DNA from: an uncultured delta proteobacterium
GTDB lineage: Bacteria > Myxococcota_A > Polyangia > Polyangiales > JAFGIB01
Direction of reading: 5' to 3'
DNA length: 64,000 bases
Assembly (NCBI GenBank): GCA_963778655.1
Contig: CAVZVA010000009.1
Span: 96,001 to 160,000, forward strand
Shown: positions 1-10,737 of the stretch, in pieces
Numbering within the stretch: position 1 is the first letter of the stretch
How the letters are laid out: every line of letters starts with the position of its first letter
Made by a program: the position numbers and the translations under genes
Notes under the pieces: generated by a model
What the model saw: only the letters and a program-made list of their open reading frames with translations
Database searches by the model: none
Told to the model about the DNA's origin: nothing

Positions 1-65
1 GCCGTGGCGCACGCGGGCACGCTGGGCGCAGCAGCGGGCGGCGTGGGCCGCGTGTCGTCCGAGCC

Positions 66-85
66 TGACCGACTTTGACCGACTT
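66..85 (+). promoter_or_regulatory. Tandem 10-bp direct repeat TGACCGACTT x2, putative operator of the downstream HTH gene
   Basis: Exact repeat at 66-75 and 76-85, 50 bp upstream of the ORF at 136. Confidence 0.45.
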
Positions 86-135
86 ATACCGGAAGTTGTC
101 CGATCTACCTTGGATCTTGATAGATTCTCGCGCGC

Positions 136-387
136 ATGCGAGCCGCGGCACCGACGACGAACGCTGAGCCCTGGGTGTCTGTCGACGCCGTGGCGGCTCA
201 CATCGGGGTCGCCAAGGACTCCGTGTACCGCTGGATCGACGCGAAGGGCCTGCCTGCCCATCGGGTCGGGAAGCTCTGGAAGTTCAAGCTCTCGGAGGTT
301 GACGACTGGGTGCGCGCCGGTGGAGCAAACGAAGCGCGTACGCGGGCCAAGCCGGTGCGGCGAACGACGACGAGGAAGACGAAATGA
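136..387 (+). CDS. Excisionase-like (HTH_17/MerR-type) DNA-binding protein
   Basis: WVSVDAVAAHIGVAKDSVYRWI...LPAHRVGKLWKFKLSEVDDWV signature; ATGA overlap with next gene. Confidence 0.9.
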   Translation: MRAAAPTTNAEPWVSVDAVAAHIGVAKDSVYRWIDAKGLPAHRVGKLWKFKLSEVDDWVRAGGANEARTRAKPVRRTTTRKTK

Positions 388-1316
388 CCGCCACGACCGC
401 CCGCACCTCCACGCGCACGACGCCGATGCTGTTCTCGCGGCAGCGCCAGCTACTGCAACTCCTTGATGCGCTCGGGTGGCACGTCAGGCATGCTCGACTT
501 CCAGAAGCTGCTGTTCCTGTACTGCCAGGAGCGTCCACGGGAGAGGCGCCCTACGACTTCGTCCCGTACAAGTTCGGCGCGTTCTCGTTCACGTCCTACG
601 CGGATCGTCGGAAGCTCATCGAGCGTGGGCTCCTCGAGGACGAGGACGGCTGGCAAATCACCGCCGAGGGGCGGAAGATCATCGGGCGCACGATGGACAT
701 GCAGCTCGCGGCCTTCGCGAAGCGGCACCGCGGTCTGCACGGGGACGCGTTGGTTGCCGACACGTACCGGCGCTTCCCGTTCTTCGCGACCCGCAGCGAG
801 ATCGCCGAGCGGGTCCTCAAGGGCGACGACGCGGCGCTCGCGCGCATCAAGGCGGTCCGCGCCAAGTTGACCGGCCCTGCGCTGAGCACCATCGGCTACG
901 AGGGCCACACGCTCGAGAGCTACCTGACCGTCTTGCTCAAGAGCGGCGTCACGATCCTCTGCGACGTGCGCCGGAACCCAATCAGCCGGAAGTACGGCTT
1001 CTCGAAGAACACGCTCGCGCGCGGGTGCGAGGGCGTCGGCATTCGCTACGAGCATCTGCCCGAGCTCGGCATCGCATCAGAGCAGCGGCAGTCTCTCGAC
1101 ACGCAGGCTGACTACGACGCGCTGTTTGCCGACTACGAGCGCACGTGGCTCCCGAAGCAGGGAGCGGCGCTGAAGAAGATCCAAGGCTGGATGGATGCTG
1201 GCGATCGCGTGACGCTCACCTGCTACGAGCACCAGCCGAACCAGTGCCACCGCCATTGCGTCGCTGAAGCGCTCGAGGGCAAGAGCAGCAAGGAACTCAC
1301 CGCCAAGCACTTGTGA
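384..1316 (+). CDS. DUF488-family protein with N-terminal wHTH/Panacea-like domain (two compensating frameshifts at ~475 and ~533)
   Basis: C-terminal TIGYEG, DVRRNPISRKYGFSK, YEHLPELG, CYE...CHR motifs of DUF488; an alternate frame at ~475-533 supplies GGTSGMLDFQKLLFLYCQE, which joins YDFVPYKFGAFS. Confidence 0.85.
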   Translation: MTATTARTSTRTTPMLFSRQRQLLQLLDALGWHVRHARLPEAAVPVLPGASTGEAPYDFVPYKFGAFSFTSYADRRKLIERGLLEDEDGWQITAEGRKIIGRTMDMQLAAFAKRHRGLHGDALVADTYRRFPFFATRSEIAERVLKGDDAALARIKAVRAKLTGPALSTIGYEGHTLESYLTVLLKSGVTILCDVRRNPISRKYGFSKNTLARGCEGVGIRYEHLPELGIASEQRQSLDTQADYDALFADYERTWLPKQGAALKKIQGWMDAGDRVTLTCYEHQPNQCHRHCVAEALEGKSSKELTAKHL

Positions 1317-1462
1317 GAATGTGGGGGCACGATGGAGAAGCAGCGCGTTCTCATCACCGTCAAGACGTACCCCACGCTCTCTCGGAAGTATGGCGAGACG
1401 GTGTGTACCGCCGGCGTCCGCGAGGACGGGATGAGCCTCCCCCGATTTCGTAGACAGCTTTG

Positions 1463-2341
1463 TTATGCCACAGCTCCGCTGTGACAGGTCATGTCTTCTT
1501 TCTCCGCAGGTGTCATGTAGTCGATTGAAGAATGAAGACGGGATCGGTTGTAGAAGCCCTCGATATACGGGAACAGCAGGGAGCGGACTTCGTCGATGCT
1601 CCCCGGAACCCGGTCTCCAAAGAGCTCGGCTTTGATGGTGCCAATGGTCGACTCCGCCACGGCGTTGTCCCAGCAGTTGCCTTTCCGACTCATGCTGACC
1701 TGCATGCCGAGCTTGCGAAGGCACGCGCGGTAGTCCGCGGCCGTGTACGTCGAGCCGCGGTCGGTGTGGTGAAGCAGACCTGGGCTAGGACGCTGGCGAG
1801 CCACGGCGGCCCGCAGAGCCCGCAGCGCCAGGGCCGTGTCGCAACGGTCGCTGACGGCCCAGCCGACGATGGCTCGCGTGCACAGGTCCACCAGGATTGC
1901 CAGGTAGCTCCATCCCTGGGCGGTCCACACGTAGGTGATATCGCCGACCCATGCTCGATTGGGGCTGTCCCAGCGGAAGCGGCGATCGAGCAGGTTGGGC
2001 GCCGGGACGTGCGAGCTGTCGGCCTGGGTCGTGCGCCGGAAGCGCTTGGGACACCGGGCACGCAAGCCCAGCGCCCTCATTCGCGCTTCGATGCGTTTTC
2101 GGCTGACGCGTCTTCCTTGCCGCCGCAGGTGTCGGTGAATGCGCGGGCTCCCGTAGCGCCGCTTGCTTTGCAGATGGGTCGCGGTGATCTCGACGTCGAG
2201 CTGTGCGGTCTCCTGGGCCCGTGCGCTCACAGGGCGCGACCGTTGCGCATACACCGTGCTGCGTGGCAACTGCAGCGTACGACAGACCGCGGCGACCGAC
2301 GTCTTGGACTCGTCGGCCAAACGGTACACGTCTGCGGTCAC
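1463..2341 (-). CDS. IS3 transposase OrfB (DDE integrase core)
   Basis: [46 protein letters not shown] motifs. Confidence 0.95.
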   Translation of the reverse strand: MTADVYRLADESKTSVAAVCRTLQLPRSTVYAQRSRPVSARAQETAQLDVEITATHLQSKRRYGSPRIHRHLRRQGRRVSRKRIEARMRALGLRARCPKRFRRTTQADSSHVPAPNLLDRRFRWDSPNRAWVGDITYVWTAQGWSYLAILVDLCTRAIVGWAVSDRCDTALALRALRAAVARQRPSPGLLHHTDRGSTYTAADYRACLRKLGMQVSMSRKGNCWDNAVAESTIGTIKAELFGDRVPGSIDEVRSLLFPYIEGFYNRSRLHSSIDYMTPAEKEDMTCHSGAVA

Positions 2342-2646
2342 GACGTGCCCTCCTTGGCGAAAAAAGCGGTGGCCCGTTTCAGAATCTCGCGTTCCTGTCG
2401 CAGCACTCGGTTTTCACGCCGAAGCGCCGCCAGCTCCTCTCGCTCCGCCGTCGTCAGCGGACCCGAGCCGCCGCCGCCGGCATCCACGGTCGCTTGACGA
2501 ACCCAGTTGGTCACCGCGCTTGCCGTCAGGCCAAGCTCTCGGGCAACCGCGAACGGCGTGCTGCCCGGCTGCTGGCACAGCCGAACCACCTCCGCCTTGT
2601 ACTCGCTGGTGAACTTCCGGCGTTTTCCTTGTCGCTTCTTTGACAT
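2338..2646 (-). CDS. IS3 transposase OrfA (HTH)
   Basis: [13 protein letters not shown]...VARELG...[29 protein letters not shown] overlap with orfB. Confidence 0.93.
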   Translation of the reverse strand: MSKKRQGKRRKFTSEYKAEVVRLCQQPGSTPFAVARELGLTASAVTNWVRQATVDAGGGGSGPLTTAEREELAALRRENRVLRQEREILKRATAFFAKEGTS

Positions 2647-3484
2647 GATTTCTGGACGCATAGTGCCTCATTGAACTTGTCCAAGAAATCGGGGGAATTC
2701 CAGGAGCTGGGTGCGTATCTATCCGGTGCCGTTCCGACGTCTCGATGAGAAGCAGCAGTACAGCAAGTACGACTGGGTCGAGTGCCGACTCCAACGCAAC
2801 ACCGTGGACGTCCGTCCGGAGACTTTTCGCCCCGTGGATCAGGGCGAACTCGTGCCCGTCGGCGAGATGAACACGGACCACAACTGGCGCGAGCGTCGCG
2901 AGATCCTGCTGAAGAAGGCCCGCGTCTACGACAACCTCGAGGAGCTGATCGCTGGCGCGAAGGCGAACCAGATCTCGCTCGCCGTATTCAAGCCTGCGCG
3001 AATCCTCGAGCTTGTCGTCGAAGAGGACGAGCGCGAGTGGGACATCCACAAGGTCAAGGAGATGCGCGAGCTCTCCCGGCAGCATGAGCTGTTCGAGGAC
3101 AACACCTGGCGCGAGACCTTCAGGGTGATCCCGAAGCTGCCTTACAAGTTCTCGTACAAGTTCGAGGACGCCGCCGGAAAAGAGAGCAAGCAGCGCATCC
3201 TCGACTGGGAGATCGGTGCGCTCTACTGGAACTGCCTGCACTCGGTGGACGGCGACGAGGCGAAGGCGATCGCCAAGGTCCGGCAGAAGTACATGGGCGA
3301 GTTCCTGAAGAAGGACCTGCACCTCTTCCTCGGCACCACCCAGCAGTGGCACCAGGTGGCCGTGAACCCGTGGGTCATCATCGGCGTGCTGCCTATCCCC
3401 GAGGAGAAGCAGCTCGGGCTGTTCTGAGGCGGGTTCGACTTCGTTGCAGCCGGTTGAGTCGGGATCCTTGCGACCCCCCGGCGG

Positions 3485-3520
3485 TCTGCTGTATTCTGCC
3501 GTCGGCTGGCAAACTCTGCC
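3485..3520 (+). promoter_or_regulatory. Four 10-bp-phased imperfect direct repeats upstream of the BREX operon leader
   Basis: TCTGCT, TCTGCC, GCTGGC, TCTGCC start at 3485, 3495, 3505, 3515. Confidence 0.45.
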
Positions 3521-3551
3521 AACCGATACCTAGTGGAGCCAGGTCCCACCC

Positions 3552-3743
3552 ATGACGGATGAGATCCTCACACTGCCCGAGGTCGCGCAATTGCTGAAGG
3601 TCGCTGAGAAAACCGTCTACTCCATGGCCCAGAAGGGCCTGCTTCCGGCCTTCAAGGTCGGCGGCCAGTGGCGGTTCAAGCGCACCGACATCGATGCGTG
3701 GATCGAGCAGCAGAAGCTCGAAGCGCCGAAGGGGGCGAAGTGA
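3552..3743 (+). CDS. Small HTH_17 regulator, Mad1-like, first gene of the BREX operon
   Basis: MTDEILTLPEVAQLLKVAEKTVYSMAQKGLLPAFKVGGQWRF; GTGA overlap with brxF. Confidence 0.88.
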   Translation: MTDEILTLPEVAQLLKVAEKTVYSMAQKGLLPAFKVGGQWRFKRTDIDAWIEQQKLEAPKGAK

Positions 3744-4240
3744 ACGCTCCGAGCGCGAAGGACCTGGCTGTGCTCTGCGAGACCGCCGCGTCTCTCTACC
3801 ACCGTCTCGTTCTCGTTGTTGGGCCGCCACGCTCGGGAAAGACGCACCTGCTGCAGGCTGCGGTCGCCGCCAACGGGTGGCCGCTCATCAACCTGAACCA
3901 GCAAGTGAGCGAGCATCTCCTCGAACTCACGCAGCGCCAGCGGGCTCTTCGCCTCCCGCGCATCGTCGGCGACGTGCTCTCGTCTGCCGGTTCCGAGATC
4001 GTCCTCGTCGACAACATCGAGCTGCTGTTCAGCCCCGACCTTCAACAGGATCCGCTGAAGCTGCTCCAGGGTGCCGCGCGCAATCGAACCATCGTCGCGT
4101 CGTGGCCCGGTGCACTGAGCGGAAGGCAGCTCACGTACGCCGAGCCAGGCCATCCCGAGTACCGGCGCTACCCAGAACTCGACACCCTCTGCCTCTCGAT
4201 GCCGGGCGATGCCGGCCCCAACGCCCACGCCGAGGGCTGA
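3740..4240 (+). CDS. brxF: BREX-3 P-loop protein BrxF
   Basis: LYHRLVLVVGPPRSGKT Walker A; DNIELLF, DPLKLLQ, YAEPGHPEYR; position before the DUF6079-like gene; GTG start at 3740. Confidence 0.9.
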   Translation: MNAPSAKDLAVLCETAASLYHRLVLVVGPPRSGKTHLLQAAVAANGWPLINLNQQVSEHLLELTQRQRALRLPRIVGDVLSSAGSEIVLVDNIELLFSPDLQQDPLKLLQGAARNRTIVASWPGALSGRQLTYAEPGHPEYRRYPELDTLCLSMPGDAGPNAHAEG

Positions 4241-4251
4241 CCAAGGACCCC

Positions 4252-7200
4252 ATGCGATACGCCGACCTCATCCAGTTCGAACCCATCGAGTCCGTCGTCC
4301 AGCTCCGGGAGGCAGACGCAGCCTCAGAAGCCGCTCGCCTGGTGTCGAGACTTCGTGATCTCGGACCGCATGGTCGAGCAGCTCGTCGAGCTCGTGTTCG
4401 CTCAGCTCCAGTTCGACAAGCCGACGGACAACAAGGGCCTGTTGGTCGTCGGCAACTACGGAACAGGTAAGTCGCACCTCATGGCGACCATCTCGGCTGT
4501 CGCCGAGCATGCGGAGCTCGCGGGCTCGCTCACAAACCCCACGGTCGCCGACAAGGCGGTCGCTGTCGCCGGGCGCTTCAAAGTGATCCGCGCCGAGATC
4601 GGTTCGACGACGATGTCCTTGCGCGACATCGTTTGCGGCGAACTCGAGGAGCACCTCGCGACGCTCGGCGTGTCGTACCGCTTCCCGAGTTCCTCCGACG
4701 GTCTCGAACAACAAGGACGCTTTCCACGAGATGATGGCGGCGTTCCAGCAGGTCTACCCGACGCAGGGCCTGCTCTTCGTCATCGACGAGCTGCTCGACT
4801 ACCTCCGCACCCGCAAGGAGCAGGCCCTCATCCTGGACCTGAACTTCCTGCGCGAGGTCGGCGAGATCTGCCGGAGCACGCGCTTCCGCTTCTTGTCGGG
4901 CGTGCAGGAGAGCCTCTTCGACAGCACGCGCTTTCAGTTCGTGGCCGAGACGCTGCGACGCGTGAAGGACCGCTTCGAGCAGGTTCGCATCGCTCGCGAG
5001 GACGTCGCCTACGTCGTCTCGCAGCGGCTGCTCAAGAAGGACGCGAAGCAGCAGGCGCTCGTGCGCGAGCACCTGCAAGGGTTCGCGCCCGCTCTACGGT
5101 TCGATGAACGAGCGCCTCGACGAGTTCGTTCGGCTGTTCCCCGTGCATCCGGCCTACCTCGAGACGTTCGAGCGGGTGTTCGTCGCGGAGAAGCGTGAGG
5201 TGCTCAAGACCCTCAGCACCGCGATCCGTCGCCTGCTGGAGCAGGACGTGCCCAAGGACCAGCCGGGGCTCATCGCGTACGACTCGTACTGGACCTACCT
5301 GAAGGACAACCCGTCGTTCCGCGCCATCCCCGAGATCCGCGAGGTGGTCCAGAAGAGCGAGGTGCTCGAGGGCCGCGTTCAGCAGGCCTTCACGCGCCCG
5401 CAGTACAAGCCCGCAGCGCTCCGCATCGTTCACGCGCTCTCGGTGCATCGCCTCACGACGGGCGACATCTACGCGCCCATCGGCGCCACCGCCGAGGAGC
5501 TGCGCGACGACCTCTGCCTCATCCTGCCGATGCCAGAACGCGAGGCCGAGTTCCTGAAGACGATGGTCGAGACGATCCTCAAGGAGATCCTCAAGACGGT
5601 CAGCGGCCAGTTCATCAACTTCAACAAGGAGAACGGCCAGTACTACCTCGACCTGAAGAAGGACATCGACTTCGACTCGCTCATCGAGAAGAAGGCCGAA
5701 GGGCTCGGCGGCGACCTGCTCGACCGCTACTACTTCGACGCGCTCACGCGCGTGATGGAGGGCGCCGAGCCAGACCTACGTCACGGGCTACCGGATGTGG
5801 GAGCACGAGGTCGAGTGGCGCGAACGCAAAGTGGGTCGCAGCGGCTACCTCTTCTTCGGCGCGCCCAACGAGCGCTCGACGGTGACTCCACAGCGCGACT
5901 TCTACCTGTTCGCGCTGCAGCCCTTCGAGGCGCCCTACTTCAAGGACGAGAAGCGGAGCGACGAGGTCTTCTTCAGGCTGAAGCAGCGCGACGACGGCCT
6001 TCGAGTCGACGCTCAAGCTGTATGCCGGCGCGCGCGAGCAGGCTGCCAACGCCTCCGGCGCAACAAGAAGATCTACGAGGACAAGGCGCTCGAGACACCT
6101 GCGCACGCTGACGAGCTGGCTTCGTGAGCACCTCGTCACGGCCTTCGAGGTGACGTACCAGGGCCGCTCGAAGCCGCTCGCCGAGGTGCTTCACGGCAAG
6201 GCGTCGGGCCCGGGCGCGCAATTCAGGTCCGCGACCTGGTGAACGCAGCCGGCGTCCGTCTGCCTCGCGCCACACTTCGAGAACCAGAGCCCCGACTACC
6301 CGGTGTTCAACGTACTCGTCACGAAGGAGAACCGCGCGCTCGCTGCCCAGGACGCGTCTTCGGTGGCTCGCTGGTGGTGTGAAGAGCAAGCAGGGCACCG
6401 CCGTGCTCGACGCGCTTGAGCTGCTCGACGGCGAGCAGTTGAAGCCGAGGAAATCCCGCTACGCCAAGCATGTCCTCGACATCCTCTCGCAGAAGGGCAA
6501 CGGCCAGGTGGCGAACCGCTCGGAGTTCGTGGGGGACGACGCGGGCGTCGAGTACTGGACCCGGTTCCGTCTCGAGCCCGAGTTCCTCGCGGTCGTCCTC
6601 GGCGCACTGGTCCACAGCGGCGACCTGATCGTGAGCATCACTGGCAAGAAGCTGGACGCGAGCGCGGTCGACCAGTTCGCGAAGTTGGGCATCGCGGAGC
6701 TCACGGCGTTCAAGCACGTCGAGCGCCCGCGCGACCTGCCGCTGGGCCCGATCCAGGATCTCTTCGAGCTTCTCGGCCTACCCAAGGGGCTCATCGTCAA
6801 TCCCGCGAACCGAGACGAGGGCATTCAAAAGCTGCAGACCGAGGTCGCCAAGCGAGCCGAGAAGATCGCGGCGGCCCTTCAGAGCCTGCAGAACGGCATC
6901 GTGTTCTGGGGGAAACCGGTGCTCTCCGAGGCCGAGCGCGAGTCCTGGAGGAAGCAGCTCACTGAGCTGAAGTCGTTCCTGGAGGGGTTGCAGCCGTTCA
7001 ACACTGTCGGGAAGCTCAAGAACTTCCCCCACGACAGCGCTGCGATCACCAGCCAGCAAGAGCGGTTCGACCTCGTCAAGGGCGTCGATGAGCTCACCGA
7101 GTTGGTTCGCCAGCTCGATCCGGTGACGTCCTACCTGGGAACGGCAGAGGCTGTGCTTCCCGCTGACCATGCGTGGCTTGGCGCCGTGAAGACGGCGCAG

Positions 7201-7950
7201 GGCGAAGTGCTCGCCAAGGTGGCAAGCCCCAAGCACCGCGCCGACCCGAGCTTCCAGCGCGCGCTTGGCCAACGGCTCGCCGAGCTGAAGGCGCAGTATC
7301 AGGACGCCTACCTTGGGCTTCACGAGAAGGCACGGCTCGGGGCAACCGCGGACAAGAAGAAGGGCGAGCTGCAGAAGGACGCGCGTCTCGCTCAGCTTCG
7401 TAAGCTCGCCAGCGTCGAGATGATGCCGACGCAGCAGTTGACCGACTTCGACAATCGGCTCCTCACGCTGCGATCCTGTTGGAGCCTCACGAAGCAGGAC
7501 CTCGACATGCGGCCGCTCTGCCCGCACTGCGGCTATCGCCCGGTCGAGGAGCCCACGTCTTCTGCCGTCGCCAAGCTGCTCGACGACGTCGACGAGCAGC
7601 TCGATCGACTTGCCGACGAGTGGACGCGCACCCTGCTCGGTAACTTGGAGGACCCCACGGTCACGGCCAACATCGAGCTCCTTACGGACAGCAAAGGCAA
7701 GGCGGCTCTCGCCGCCTTTCTGAAGGAGCGCAAGCTTCCCACGTCGATCGAAACCGTCTTCGTGAAGGCGCTGCAGGAGGTGCTGTCGGGGCTGCAGAAG
7801 GTCGTGCTCAAGAAGGACGACCTTCACGCTGCGCTGCTTCGGGGAGGCGCGCCCTGCACCGTCTCGGAGCTTCGGGAGCGGTTCGAGGCTCACTTGGCAG
7901 AGCTGAACAAGGGCAAGGACAGCTCGAAGATCCGCATCGTGATCGAGTAG
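4252..7950 (+). CDS. brxC: BREX-3 BrxC/PglY-type ATPase (DUF6079-like), split by about ten single-base frameshifts
   Basis: [18 protein letters not shown] start; [11 protein letters not shown]alker [10 protein letters not shown] Walker B; FPVHP; C-terminal CPHC and KIRIVIE; continuous homology-like text across ORFs 4355, 4731, 5104, 5795, 6379. Confidence 0.88.
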
Positions 7951-7963
7951 TTGAGGGGACACC

Positions 7964-10733
7964 GTGGCAAAGCAGACGCAGAAGAAACTCAACTTGTCCG
8001 CGCCCGTGTCGGCGTCCGGGCCTGTCGTGTGCCTCGGCCACAAGTTCGAGAGCGATGCCGCGCGGCGCGAGCACTTCACCTCGCTGCTCCGCGACAAGCT
8101 GAAGGACCCGGCGTTCAGGCGGTCGGAGGGCTTTCCGGTTGCCGACGACGAAGACATCCTTCGGATGTCCGATCCTCCGTACTACACGGCGTGCCCAAAC
8201 CCGTTCCTCGCGGACCTGGTGGCGCACTACGGGAAAGCGTACAGAGCGACCGATTCCTACCACCGCGATCCATTCGCCATCGACGTCAGCGTTGGCAAGA
8301 CGGACGCGCTGTACAAGGCGCACAGTTACCATACCAAGGTTCCCCACCTCGCGATCGTGCCGTCGATCCTGCACTACACGAAGCCAGGGGAGATTGTGCT
8401 CGATGGGTTCGCAGGCTCCGGCATGACCGGTGTTGCTGCGCTCTGGTGTGGTGCTGCGTCCGAGGCCTACCGCAAGGAACTCGAGGCCAAGTGGAAGCGC
8501 GATGGTTTGTCGGCGCCCGAATGGGGTGCCCGGCAACCGGTGCTCAATGACCTGTCGCCCGCCGCTACGATGATCGCCGCTGGCTACACGCTGCCGTTCG
8601 ATATCGACACGTTTAGGGCAGCGGGGCAGGCCCTTCTCGACACCGCCGACAAGGAGTTCGGTTGGATGTACGAAGTGCAGCACGAGGATGGGCGCAAGGG
8701 CCAGGTGAACTACCTGGTCTGGAGCGAGGTGTTCGCCTGCCCAGACTGTGCTCGCGAGATCGTCTTCGTGAATGAAGCGCTCGACCCCGAGACGAAGACC
8801 GTACGTAACGAGTTTCCTTGTCCAGGATGCACGGCCTCGCTGAACAAGGACCGCCTTGAGCGGACCTTCGAGACCCGGATCGACCCGGCGTCAAAGCAGA
8901 CCGTTAAGCAGGTTCGGTTTCGCCCCGTCCTCGTGAACTACTCGATCGGTCGCCAGGACTTCGAGCGCGCCTTTGGCGACGCAGACCAGCGCATCCTTGA
9001 GCGCGTCGAACGCTTGCCGTTGCCCCCGGAAGTCCCGACGGTGCCGTTTCCGATTGAGGAGATGGAGCACGGCTCGCGAATCGCACCCAAGGGGTTCACG
9101 CACTCGCACCACTTCTTTTTGCCGCGAGCGGCGAACGCCCTCGCGACGCTGTGGCGTCTCGCTTGGGCTGAGCCCGACGTGGCAACTCGTCGAATGCTGG
9201 TGTGGTTCGTTGAGCAGGCGATTTGGGGCATGTCGGTTCTGGCCCGCTACACGCCGACTCACTACTCCCAAGTCAATCAGTACCTCAACGGCGTCTACTA
9301 CATCGGTTCACAGATCGTTGAGGTGAGCCCTTGGTACATCCTCGACGGCAAGCTGTCCCGCTTGAGCAAAGCCTTCGTCGGAGCCAAGCCGTCGGGCACC
9401 TTCGCAGCGATTACGACCGGGTCCTGCGCAGCGATGCCGTTGGCAGCTCAGTCGGTGGACTACATCTTCACCGATCCGCCTTTCGGCGAGAACATCTTCT
9501 ACGCAGACTTGAACTTCCTCGTCGAGGCTTGGCATCGCGTTCGTACCGATGCGGCCCCCGAGGCCATCATTGACGCGCCAAAGGACAAGGGGCTCAACGA
9601 GTATCAGGATCTGATGCGCCGGTGCTTCGAGGAGTACTTCCGCGTCTTGAAGCCTGGTCGGTGGATGACGGTTGTCTTCGGCAATTCGCGCAACGGCGTG
9701 TGGCGCGCGATCCAGGAAGCGATGGGAGTCGCTGGGTTCGTCGTGGCTGACGTGCGAACGCTCGACAAGCAGCAGGGTTCCTATCGGCAGGTCACAAGCA
9801 GTGCGGTGAAGCAGGACCTCGTCGATCTCGGCATACAAGCCGAGCAAGGCGCTGGAGGACAAGTTCACGCTCGGGTCGGCGACCGAAGACACCGCGTGGG
9901 CCTTCGTACGCGAGCACCTGAGCAACGTCCCGAAGTTCGTCGGCCGGGCCTCCGAGGGCGAGATCATCTCGGAACGCACCCCGCAGATGCTGCACGACCG
10001 CATGGTCGCCTATCATGTCCAGCATGGAGTCAGCGTGCCGCTCAGCGGTCCGCTGTTCTTCGCTGGGCTCGCGCAGCGCTTCGCAGAGCGTGACGGGATG
10101 TTCTTCCTCCCGGAGCAGGTGGCCGAGTACGACCGCCGTCGGGCCAGCGTCACCGAGGTGAAGCAGCTCAGCCTCTTCGTGACCGACGAAGCGAGCGCGA
10201 TTCAGTGGCTTCGTCGTGAGCTCACCGCTCGTCCGCGTAGCGCTCAGGAACTCACGCCGGCCTTCATGAAGGAGCTGCAGGCGTGGGCGAAGCACGAGCA
10301 AACGATCGAACTTCGCGAACTGCTCCAGAGCAACTTCATCGAGTACGACGGCGTGCCTCCCGTCCCGAGCCAAATTCATCGATACTTGAGCACCAACTTC
10401 AAAGAGCTGAGGAACCTCTCGAAGGAGGACCCGGACCTCGTCGCGAAGGCCAAGGGGCGATGGTACGTGCCCGACCCGAGCAAGGCGCTCGATCTCGAGA
10501 AGCTCCGCGAGAAGTCGCTGTTGCGCGAGTTCGAAGACTACAAGCAGTCCAAGTCGAACCGGCTCAAGACCTTTCGCACCGAGGCTGTGCGGGCCGGGTT
10601 CAAGGCGGCGTACGACGCGAAGGACTACGCCACGATTGTTGGCGTCGCTCGGAAGCTTCCCGAGACGGTGCTTCAGGAGGACGAGAAGCTCCTGATGTAT
10701 TACGACGTCGCCAGCATGCGTGTGGGGGAGTAG
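7964..10733 (+). CDS. pglXI: BREX-3 DNA amino-methyltransferase PglXI (one frameshift at ~9822)
   Basis: SDPPYYTACPNP, HSYHTKVPH, LDGFAGSGMTG (SAM motif I), CPDC/CPGC, TDPPF (motif IV); C-terminal part in ORF 9987-10733 (WYVPDP, FRTEAVRAGF). Confidence 0.9.
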
Positions 10734-10737
10734 CTGC

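Larger units (their letters stand above)
1432..2702 (-). mobile_element. IS3-family insertion sequence, 1271 bp, 3-bp target duplication GGA
   Basis: Terminal IRs TGAGCCTCCCCCGATTTCGTAGACA and (reverse complement) TGGAATTCCCCCGATTTCTTGGACA; TG...CA ends; GGA at 1429-1431 and 2703-2705; orfA and orfB inside. Confidence 0.95.
1332..3427 (+). pseudogene. DUF488-partner gene (putative OB-fold protein, 273 aa reconstructed) interrupted by IS3
   Basis: 1332-1431 encodes MEKQRVLITVKTYPTLSRKYGETVCTAGVREDG; removing 1432-2705 rejoins in frame to SWVRIYPVPFRRL...QLGLF (stop 3427). Confidence 0.85.

Noticed and set aside
4252..7950. Several separate genes or programmed frameshifting in brxC
   Set aside because: Fragments join into one continuous ATPase; shifts are numerous and lack slippery-site consistency
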